33,392 nt of DNA, from positions 1 to 33,392 of the forward strand of contig JBEIHA010000001.1 of assembly GCA_040381635.1 (NCBI GenBank), given 5' to 3'. Of the stretch, positions 25,779 to 32,372 are shown piece by piece. A program made the position numbers and the translations under genes. The DNA is from Pseudobdellovibrionaceae bacterium. GTDB lineage: Bacteria; Bdellovibrionota; Bdellovibrionia; Bdellovibrionales; UBA1609. A model generated the notes under the pieces. It ran no database searches. It was not told the origin of the DNA and saw nothing but the letters and a program-made list of their open reading frames with translations. Every line of letters begins with the position of its first letter. The first letter of the stretch is position 1.

Positions 25779-26303
25779 TTATTTAGGCCCTACGAACTTT
25801 TCGCCCTTTTTCCAGCCGGCACCGCACAGTTCACCGGTTTTCAAACCGGAAAGTACGCGCAGGATCTCTTTCGATTCGCGGCCGACGTTCAAATTGTGAA
25901 TGCCCATGTACTGAATGCGGCCTTCGGGATCGATGATGAACGTACCGCGTGTCGCGATGCCTTTGTCTTCCAACAAAACGCCAAAATCACGCGAGACGCG
26001 CTTAGTGACGTCACCGATCAGTGGATATCCAAGATCGCCCAAGTCGTCTTTGATCCAACGACGGTGCGAGTGCACGCTATCGATGGAACAGCCGATCACT
26101 TCGGCGCCTTCCGCTTTGAAGTCCTTCAGAGAGTCACGAAACTGCGTGATCTCGGTCGGGCAAACAAAAGTGAAATCCAAGGGATAGAAAAACAAAACAA
26201 CCCATTTGCCTTTGTAGTCGGCGAGGTTAATTTCTTTGAAATCGCCACCATCGACGACGGCCGGGGCAACAAACTGCGGAGCGGGTTGACCAATCATGGG
26301 CAT
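25779..26303 (-). CDS. Typical 2-Cys peroxiredoxin (AhpC/Prx1 type)
   Basis: MPMIGQPAPQF...WVVLFFYPLDFTFVCPTEI carries the peroxidatic Cys, and C-terminal GELCGAGW the resolving Cys. AGGAG lies 7 nt upstream of the ATG at 26303. The 65-codon upstream extension in the ORF track has no support. Confidence 0.88.
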   Translation of the reverse strand: MPMIGQPAPQFVAPAVVDGGDFKEINLADYKGKWVVLFFYPLDFTFVCPTEITQFRDSLKDFKAEGAEVIGCSIDSVHSHRRWIKDDLGDLGYPLIGDVTKRVSRDFGVLLEDKGIATRGTFIIDPEGRIQYMGIHNLNVGRESKEILRVLSGLKTGELCGAGWKKGEKFVGPK

Positions 26304-26381
26304 ATATATGACTCCTAGTAGAAGGGATAGTGTACTGCGGTCTAAAGCGGGTACAGTAACAACCGTAAGTTGGAGCGACAA

Positions 26382-27164
26382 GTGAAGATTGTGACTTGGA
26401 ATGTGAATGGAATTCGCGCGGTGGCGCAAAAAGGCCTGTTCGAATTTATGGAGCGCGAGCGGCCCGACTTTATGTGCCTGCAAGAGACAAAGGCGCATCC
26501 CGATCAGCTCGAGGAATCGATGGCTGTGTTCAAGGGCTGGAAGGGCTACTGGTCCGCGGCACAGCGGCCCGGCTATTCAGGCACGGTGACCTTTTGTCGC
26601 GAAGAGCCACTCGAAGTGAGCTACGGTTTCGGCATCCCCAAGTTTGACGCAGAAGGCCGCATGGTCGTGGTCAAAACCAAAAACTTTAGTCTCTACAATG
26701 TCTATTTCCCCAACGGCGGTTCGGGTCAGGAGCGCCACGATTACAAGCAGGACTTCTTAAAGTGGTTCGGCCGACATTTGGTGAAAAAGGCCCACGCCGG
26801 TGAGAACATTATTTTGGTTGGGGATTACAACGTCGCCTACATGGATGAAGACGTCTACAATCCCAAGGAGATGACCAGCGAAAGTGGTTTTCTCCCCGAA
26901 GAACGCCAATGGATGAGGGAGTTTTTGAATCAAGGGTTTATCGACGGCTATCGCCATTTCCATCCCGAAGAGAAAAACCGCTTCACATGGTGGTCTTATT
27001 TGCAAAATGCACGGGTCGCGAATCGGGGTTGGCGCATCGATCATATTTGCGTGTCTCATAGTCTGGAGAAAACTTTGAAAAAGGTCGAAATTCTAGACAC
27101 GCAAATGGGCAGCGATCATTGCCCGGTCCTTGCCGAACTGAATCCCGCGGAGATCAAAGCTTGA
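26382..27164 (+). CDS. xthA: Exodeoxyribonuclease III
   Basis: VKIVTWNVNGIRA, CLQETK, VGDYNVA, RIDH and GSDHCPV are the canonical ExoIII/APE motifs. GGAG lies 6 nt upstream of the GTG at 26382. Confidence 0.88.
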   Translation: MKIVTWNVNGIRAVAQKGLFEFMERERPDFMCLQETKAHPDQLEESMAVFKGWKGYWSAAQRPGYSGTVTFCREEPLEVSYGFGIPKFDAEGRMVVVKTKNFSLYNVYFPNGGSGQERHDYKQDFLKWFGRHLVKKAHAGENIILVGDYNVAYMDEDVYNPKEMTSESGFLPEERQWMREFLNQGFIDGYRHFHPEEKNRFTWWSYLQNARVANRGWRIDHICVSHSLEKTLKKVEILDTQMGSDHCPVLAELNPAEIKA

Positions 27165-27616
27165 AGATTCTGCTCGCTCTTTTCTTTGTAGCGACATCAG
27201 TTCACGCGGGCGATCCCGTCTGCGCAAAAAGCTACATCACCCTTCGCAAAGGTCCGGGCGTAAAAAATCCCGTCACCTGGAAGGTCGCTCGCTACATGCC
27301 CTTTATGCGTATCGACCGGAAGTCCGGTTGGTCTAAATTGCAAGATCTAGAAGGCGAAGAGCACTGGGCGAAAAATTCCGACCTGTCGACGCAAATCCGC
27401 TGCGTGGTCGTAAAGACCAGCGTCGCCACTTTAAGAAAAGAGCCCAACGCTTCAGCGGCACCCATCGAAATGAAAACCGTCGACCGCTACACACCCTTCA
27501 AACGCTTAGGTAATGACCGCGAATGGGTGCAGGTCGAAGACGAAACCGGCCGCCAGGCATGGGTTCATGAAACCAATGTCTGGAAACCGGTGAACGTGCA
27601 GTCGATTTCGTTTTAG
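27161..27616 (+). CDS. Secreted protein with two SH3b-like repeats
   Basis: The TTG start forms a TTGA overlap with the xthA stop, and GGAG lies 8 nt upstream. The signal peptide is (M)KILLALFFVATSVHAG. There are two similar modules: ITLRKGPGVKNPVTWKVARYMPF..SGWSKLQDLEGEEHW and ATLRKEPNASAAPIEMKTVDRYTPF..REWVQVEDETGRQAW. Confidence 0.6.
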   Translation: MKILLALFFVATSVHAGDPVCAKSYITLRKGPGVKNPVTWKVARYMPFMRIDRKSGWSKLQDLEGEEHWAKNSDLSTQIRCVVVKTSVATLRKEPNASAAPIEMKTVDRYTPFKRLGNDREWVQVEDETGRQAWVHETNVWKPVNVQSISF

Positions 27617-28233
27617 GGCGTTTCTGTTTTGCCGTCGGCGCAGTCCGGAGTGCTACATATTTTTCCCGATGCACGGGCCGTTGGTTTGAGGATGCGTGAA
27701 CCGGCGGGCACGCGGCAATTGTTGCCCATTAAGGTGCCCTTCATGACTTCGCAATCCGAAGGCAAATGGATCGCGACGACGCATTCACCATTTTTGTCGA
27801 AGCTGCCGTCGGCTGTTACGCAATCCAGCGATGAAGCAGGCACACAACGGCGGATCATTTTCTTGTTATCCACTTCAAAAAACAAAAAGCCCACGCGGTC
27901 CATTTCGACCATATGTACGTCGTGGCCCTCTTTGGTGCGCAAGTTGGTTCCCTTATCTTTGTAGGACAATTTCATCACCGAGCCGTCTTGCAAGCTAATA
28001 CTGAGCTCCCGACTGGGCGTGAATTCGCCATTGGCCATCAGCTGATCGCAACGGGGACCGTTTTCCAGTTCAACGCGCGCACGAATGTATTTTTGATTCT
28101 CTTTCTTTGTCGCGTCCGGAAGAAGAGCGCCCGCGACGCTGACCACGGCGAGCGCATTCAGGGCAGCTCCGCAGAAGGTCAGGTAGCGGTCGAACCAGCG
28201 GGTGGACAGTTGGCGAAAGAAGTACTTGCGCAT
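27613..28233 (-). CDS. Membrane-anchored Cys-rich hypothetical protein (paralog B)
   Basis: MRKYFFRQLSTRWFDRYLTFCGAALNALAVVSVAGAL has a basic N-terminus followed by a TM segment. It shares CxxxxxxxEF and KLSYKDKGTNLRTKEGHDVHMVE blocks with the upstream gene. The ATG at 28233 overlaps the upstream stop as TGATG. Confidence 0.55.
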   Translation of the reverse strand: MRKYFFRQLSTRWFDRYLTFCGAALNALAVVSVAGALLPDATKKENQKYIRARVELENGPRCDQLMANGEFTPSRELSISLQDGSVMKLSYKDKGTNLRTKEGHDVHMVEMDRVGFLFFEVDNKKMIRRCVPASSLDCVTADGSFDKNGECVVAIHLPSDCEVMKGTLMGNNCRVPAGSRILKPTARASGKICSTPDCADGKTETP

Positions 28234-28832
28234 CAGACCCCACTCTCGCAAAGGGTCATCGGGTAGCAACGCTCGGTGCCGTTGTCACACAGTAACCGGC
28301 GCGACCAGCCGGATTTCTCGCAGGTCTGTTTTCGAACGTCCTGCAATTTCTCTGAAGAAAGATTGTGCGCGTTCAGATCGGGATGGCAGGCGACGATGCG
28401 GTGGCGCGAGTCCACTTCGACCAAGCGCTCAAAGCGAGGAGGGAAGCGTATGGCTTCACCGGTCGTGAGGTCCTTGACCGTGGCCTCGATCTGCAGTCGG
28501 TAGACATGATAGCCGTCGGGGGTGCGACCCACGCTCCCGCGATTGGTGTAGCTTATCTTTTCGATTTCAGCCTTCGGTGATTTGAGGTCCACCGTGAAAG
28601 TTTGGGGTTCGCGCCATTCGAATTCTTGGCTGGCGAACGTGGAATTGCAGAAGTCCTGATCGTTTAATTTTTGAAATACTTTTGAGTGCAGAGTGTGAGC
28701 GGGCCTTCGATCAAACGCCGAAACCAGGCTATGAATACCCAAGATCACCAACAGCGCCTGCATCAGGATTCCCGAATACCAAAGATAGGAAGGGAACCAA
28801 TTCTTGAATGACATCCAACTATTGTGTCTCAA
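28233..28832 (-). CDS. Membrane-anchored Cys-rich hypothetical protein (paralog A)
   Basis: The TM segment is YLWYSGILMQALLVILGIHSLVSA. The blocks CNSTFASQEF and KISYTNRGSVGRTPDGYHVYRLQ align with paralog B. The start is ambiguous between the TTG at 28832 and the ATG at 28814. Confidence 0.5.
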   Translation of the reverse strand: MRHNSWMSFKNWFPSYLWYSGILMQALLVILGIHSLVSAFDRRPAHTLHSKVFQKLNDQDFCNSTFASQEFEWREPQTFTVDLKSPKAEIEKISYTNRGSVGRTPDGYHVYRLQIEATVKDLTTGEAIRFPPRFERLVEVDSRHRIVACHPDLNAHNLSSEKLQDVRKQTCEKSGWSRRLLCDNGTERCYPMTLCESGV

Positions 28833-28846
28833 GTTGAGACGGTCTC
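28826..28846. repeat. Interlocked GTCTC/GAGAC/GTCTC palindrome cluster overlapping the 5' end of paralog A
   Basis: GTCTCAAGTTGAGAC is a perfect 15-nt palindrome (28826-28840). Its GAGAC arm also pairs with GTCTC at 28842-28846. Confidence 0.6.
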
Positions 28847-28966
28847 CACGAAGATTTTGGTGTTAGGCGACCCTTAACTTAGAATAATTTGTCGTCGACC
28901 GGGGGGCCGAAAGTCGGACCTTCGTCGCCCTGCGATGTAAATTGTAAGAAGCTTTAAGAAATGTGC

Positions 28967-28996
28967 TTGCAAAGTTCACACGGGTAATGTGTAAAT
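28967..28996 (+). promoter_or_regulatory. Sigma-70-like promoter candidate upstream of the dksA-like gene
   Basis: TTGCAA, an 18-nt spacer, then GTAAAT preceded by TGT (extended -10-like). It would give a leader of about 85 nt. Confidence 0.3.
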
Positions 28997-29087
28997 AGTT
29001 CAGTTCCAAATTGGCACTGCGAATTCAAGCGTGGAAGTTGGAGCAAGTAAGAAGACTACAGAGTCAAATTTCCGGGGGGGAATAAAC

Positions 29088-29462
29088 ATGTCAGGCTTAT
29101 CGCGCGATCTGGTTGAGAAGTGCAAAGGCAAGCTCATCAACGCGAAAACAGAGATCTTAAACCGCGTCCGTGAATCTCGCACCGATCTTTACAACAGTGA
29201 AGACGCCAAAGGCGGCGACGAAGGCGATCAAACCTTGCGTGCACTGGCCGAAGCCGAATTCCTTAGCATGCACGAAAGACTGCGTAAGCAATTGATGGAA
29301 ATCGAAAGCGCCCTGGGCCGCATCGAAAAAGGCCTCTACGGCGTCTGCGAAGAAACCGAAGAAATCATCGAACCCGAACGCCTACTCGCCATCCCATGGA
29401 CCCGCCTCAGCATCGAAGGCGCCGAAATCCGCGAATCCCTCGGCAAAAAATACGCTAGATAG
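29088..29462 (+). CDS. DksA/TraR-family protein with a degenerate (single-Cys) zinc-finger region
   Basis: The coiled-coil region has a tip-like GDEGDQT (DxxDxT versus DksA DxxDxA). The C-terminal GLYGVCEETEEIIEPERLLAIPWTRLSIEG matches the DksA G.C..CG..I...RL.A.P pattern, but only the first of the four Cys is present. A G-rich SD lies 7 nt upstream of the ATG at 29088. Confidence 0.7.
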   Translation: MSGLSRDLVEKCKGKLINAKTEILNRVRESRTDLYNSEDAKGGDEGDQTLRALAEAEFLSMHERLRKQLMEIESALGRIEKGLYGVCEETEEIIEPERLLAIPWTRLSIEGAEIRESLGKKYAR

Positions 29463-29502
29463 GGCGCTCCGTACCCGGCGATTGTAGGAAATGCTCGAGG
29501 CT

Positions 29503-29529
29503 AAGAAAGGGACCGATGGTCCCTTTCTT
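29503..29529. terminator. Bidirectional intrinsic-terminator-like hairpin between convergent dksA-like and agmatinase-family genes
   Basis: A perfect 12-bp stem AAGAAAGGGACC / GGTCCCTTTCTT with loop GAT. The stem's U-rich 3' arm is followed by ATATCT on the plus strand. It is the only strong hairpin I found between convergent genes in the window. Confidence 0.6.
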
Positions 29530-29546
29530 ATATCTCGCCGATGAAT

Positions 29547-30605
29547 TTAGGAAATCGTCGTCGACCGATCGGCAGAACTAGCCGACATCACCGCCCAGCC
29601 ACACATCTTATATAATAGACGCGCACCCACGTTCCCGTCCCACTCGTCCGCTTCACCAGGCGCGACCTCATTCAGATCGAAACCGACTATTCTTCGTCCG
29701 CTTTGCACCAGCGCACTCAATAAATAGTTCGCTTGATCAAAAGTCAGTCCGCCGGGCACGGGAGTTCCCGTGTGCGGACAGTATTCAGGGCTTAGACCGT
29801 CGATGTCGAAACTGACGTAAACCTGCTGCGGCAGGATTTCGACAATCTTCGCGCACTGATCCGCCCAAGATTTTCCTTCGAACGCATCGCGCTTCAAATA
29901 CAAATCGAAGAACGTCGAGATATCCTTACGTTCGCGGATCAAGGCGAATTCTTCCTGGGAAAAATCGCGAATCGCTACCTGCACTAATTTTTCGGGCTTC
30001 CAAGCGGCGGTCATCACGTTGTGCATGATCGAGGCGTGACTGCGCTCGAAGCCTTGATACTTCACGCGCAGGTCGGCGTGCGCATCGACGTGCAAAACGC
30101 CGACTTTGCCCTTCAAGGCTTCGCTCACCGCGCGAATGTTTCCTTCGGGGCTCGAGTGATCGCCGCCCAAAACCGCCGGGATCTGGCCGCGCTTCAAAGC
30201 TTGGGCCGATTGCTGATGGACCCAGTCCGACATTTTCGCGCAGCCATGATTCACATCGTCCAATATTGTCTGCATGCCTTCAGAGAGTTGGCCGTGCTCT
30301 TCCAGATGTTCGCGCACTTGCAGTGCCTTCGGCTTCAATTCGTCGTTCAATTTCTGCAAGGAGGCGGGAATCTCCAGCATATGAAAACCTTGCTCAAACG
30401 AAGTTTTCAGTTCGAGGTCGAAGAGATCGATTTGCGGTGAGGCTTTCAAGACACTCAATGGGCCTTGCGATGTGCCCGAGCCGTACGAAGTCGTGACTTC
30501 CCATGGAACGGGAATGACCACGACCTTGGCCGTCTCGAGTTTCGTGGGGATTCCGAAGAGCCCCGCTGTGTATGAGGCGGTACCGCTGGGATCATATGTG
30601 GACAT
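29547..30605 (-). CDS. Arginase/agmatinase-family ureohydrolase (long ~350 aa form)
   Basis: The Mn-binding motifs GGDHSS, HVDAHADL and SFDIDGL, plus GGLTF, are present. GAGGAG lies upstream of the ATG at 30605. The 33-codon upstream extension is not supported. Confidence 0.8.
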   Translation of the reverse strand: MSTYDPSGTASYTAGLFGIPTKLETAKVVVIPVPWEVTTSYGSGTSQGPLSVLKASPQIDLFDLELKTSFEQGFHMLEIPASLQKLNDELKPKALQVREHLEEHGQLSEGMQTILDDVNHGCAKMSDWVHQQSAQALKRGQIPAVLGGDHSSPEGNIRAVSEALKGKVGVLHVDAHADLRVKYQGFERSHASIMHNVMTAAWKPEKLVQVAIRDFSQEEFALIRERKDISTFFDLYLKRDAFEGKSWADQCAKIVEILPQQVYVSFDIDGLSPEYCPHTGTPVPGGLTFDQANYLLSALVQSGRRIVGFDLNEVAPGEADEWDGNVGARLLYKMCGWAVMSASSADRSTTIS

Positions 30606-30631
30606 CTTCTTTTTCTCCTCAAAATGAAATC

Positions 30632-30659
30632 TTGATAAATCGTTTGAGATGTATAAATT
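30632..30659 (+). promoter_or_regulatory. Sigma-70-like promoter candidate for the yejA-like transporter operon
   Basis: TTGATA, a 16-nt spacer, then TAAATT. An alternative -10 TATAAA gives a 14-nt spacer. It lies in the 114-nt divergent intergenic region. Confidence 0.3.
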
Positions 30660-30671
30660 GTAACGTCTCAA

Positions 30672-30686
30672 GGCAATCAGATTGCC
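30672..30686. promoter_or_regulatory. Perfect palindrome GGCAAT-CAG-ATTGCC (operator candidate)
   Basis: 6-bp arms and a 3-nt centre, immediately downstream of the candidate -10 and of the TTGAGA...TCTCAA inverted repeat (30644-30671). Confidence 0.3.
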
Positions 30687-30719
30687 GCAACGCAATACAT
30701 TCACTAGGAGAACGCTTCC

Positions 30720-32369
30720 ATGATCCGGTCCACTTTGATCTTGTTGGTTGTGTCCATTGCTTCCGTGGTTTCGGCCGCGGTTCCACCCATGAAAATCACT
30801 GAGCTCGGCAAAGCTGACGCCAAAGTGGGTGGGGTTTTGAGTCGCAATGTTCAGTCCGAACCGGACAAACTTAGCCCGCTGAACAGCTCGGACGGATACT
30901 CGCGAGACATTTACGAATATGCGATGGAGGGTTTGCTTCGTCTCAACCCCGAAACTTACCAGTTCGAACCGGAACTCGCCGAAAGATACGAAGTTTCAAA
31001 AGACAGTCTGACTTACACTTTCTATCTCGATAAAGCCGCGAAGTTTTCGGACGGTAAGCCCGTAACTTCCGAAGATGTGAAATTCTCTATCGAAGCGGTC
31101 CGCGATCCACAGTACCAAGCTTCGCATCGTATGCCCTATTACGAAGACGTTGAATCGGTCACCACGCCCGATGCGCACACAGTTATCATCAAAATGAAGA
31201 AAAAATACTTCAAGAACTTGATGGTTTTGGCGAGCGAAGGCTTCACGCCGATTTTACCCAAGCACATCTACGTGGATCCGAAGTACAAATTTCCCATCGC
31301 CGCGATTCTCGGATCTGGGCCTTACAAAGTTGAAACCTACAATCGCGGAAAAAATCTAACGCTAGCCCGCGATGGCAATCATTGGGCGAAAGACAAACCC
31401 GGTTTCAGAGCACAGGCTAAATTTGAAAGCATCAATTTTCGCTTCATCAAAGAAGAGAATCTGCAGATCGAAATGGTCAAAAAAGGCCAGCTAGATTACA
31501 TGGAACCCGTCCGCGCCGAAAGCTATGAAAAAAAGGCGATTGGCGAGCCCTTCGGAACCACCGTTAGAAAGGTTCAAGCCGAAAACAAGCGTCCGAAGAA
31601 CTGGGGCTTTATTGCTTGGAACTTTAAGAATCCTATTTTTTCTGAAAAAGAAACCCGTGTCGCATTGTCGCATTTGTTTAACCGCCAAACGTTGATCGAA
31701 AAATTTATGTACGGGAAAGCGGTAGAGGCAAAAGGTCCGGTCTATTACAAAAGCGACTTTATGCCCGCCGACGTGAAGGCCATCGCCTACGATCCTGCGA
31801 AGGCAAAGCAGTTGTTGATCAAGGCTGGATGGGCTGACAAAGACAAAAACGGAATTCTGGAAAAGGATTTCGCCGGCACGACGAAAGAATTTAAATTTGC
31901 GCTGTTGCTTTCAAACCGCGACGTCGAAAAATACTTCACGATGTACAAAGAGGACCTGAAAAAAGCCGGTATCGATATGGAAATCAAACTTATCGAGTGG
32001 AATACCTTCACCAAGCTTCTTGAAGAGCAGAAGTTTGACGCCGTAACTTTGTCTTGGGGCGGGGGTTCAGCGGAAGACGATTTGAAACAGATTTGGCACA
32101 GCGAATCCGCACGCATGGGCGGTTCGAACTTCATTTCGTACGCAAATAAAGAGGTCGACAAGTTTATCGATCAGGCCCGAGAAGAGATGAATGATGGTAA
32201 ACGCAAAGTCCTATGGCAGAAAGCTGTACGCTTGATTGCTGCAGATGCGCCCTACACACTTTTGTTCAACAGCAAATACGATCTCTATCTTTTGAACAAT
32301 CGAGTAGGGTTCGATAAGCCTACATATGCTTTCGACCTTAGCCTGCACTACTGGTACCCCGTTCAGTAA
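30720..32369 (+). CDS. ABC transporter substrate-binding protein, family 5 (peptide/opine; YejA-like)
   Basis: The signal peptide is MIRSTLILLVVSIASVVSAAV. The ~550 aa length and the block FSDGKPVTSEDVKFS are typical of SBP_bac_5. It is followed by a YejB-like permease. AGGAG lies 9 nt upstream. Confidence 0.8.
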   Translation: MIRSTLILLVVSIASVVSAAVPPMKITELGKADAKVGGVLSRNVQSEPDKLSPLNSSDGYSRDIYEYAMEGLLRLNPETYQFEPELAERYEVSKDSLTYTFYLDKAAKFSDGKPVTSEDVKFSIEAVRDPQYQASHRMPYYEDVESVTTPDAHTVIIKMKKKYFKNLMVLASEGFTPILPKHIYVDPKYKFPIAAILGSGPYKVETYNRGKNLTLARDGNHWAKDKPGFRAQAKFESINFRFIKEENLQIEMVKKGQLDYMEPVRAESYEKKAIGEPFGTTVRKVQAENKRPKNWGFIAWNFKNPIFSEKETRVALSHLFNRQTLIEKFMYGKAVEAKGPVYYKSDFMPADVKAIAYDPAKAKQLLIKAGWADKDKNGILEKDFAGTTKEFKFALLLSNRDVEKYFTMYKEDLKKAGIDMEIKLIEWNTFTKLLEEQKFDAVTLSWGGGSAEDDLKQIWHSESARMGGSNFISYANKEVDKFIDQAREEMNDGKRKVLWQKAVRLIAADAPYTLLFNSKYDLYLLNNRVGFDKPTYAFDLSLHYWYPVQ

Positions 32370-32372
32370 CGA

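Noticed and set aside
26304-26381. An imperfect inverted repeat, TGTACTGCGG...GCGGGTACA, in the prx/xthA divergent region as an OxyR/PerR-type operator.
   Set aside because: The arms match at only about 5 positions, and the repeat does not resemble the PerR or OxyR consensus as I remember them.
25779-26498. The long 239-aa version of the peroxiredoxin ORF, and similar N-terminal extensions at 29547-30704, 19848-21683, 8288, 432 and 27119.
   Set aside because: Internal starts have Shine-Dalgarno sequences or stop/start overlaps, and they align with the family N-termini. The extensions carry no conserved sequence.
28834-28847. GAGACGGTCTC contains back-to-back type IIS recognition sequences (BsmBI/BsaI-like), which could suggest an engineered cloning scar.
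   Set aside because: The surrounding sequence is continuous native-looking coding and 5' DNA with no vector features. The motif is better explained as part of a natural palindrome cluster.
29012-29026. A sigma-54 promoter-like sequence, TGGCAC-N5-ATTC, upstream of the dksA-like gene.
   Set aside because: The -12 element has TC where the near-invariant GC is expected. No enhancer-binding protein gene is nearby. It is kept only as a note inside the intergenic finding.
29074-29080. A G7 homopolymer in the ribosome-binding region of the dksA-like gene as a phase-variation tract.
   Set aside because: Seven residues is short for slipped-strand switching, and the run plausibly just acts as the SD. 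There is no supporting evidence.
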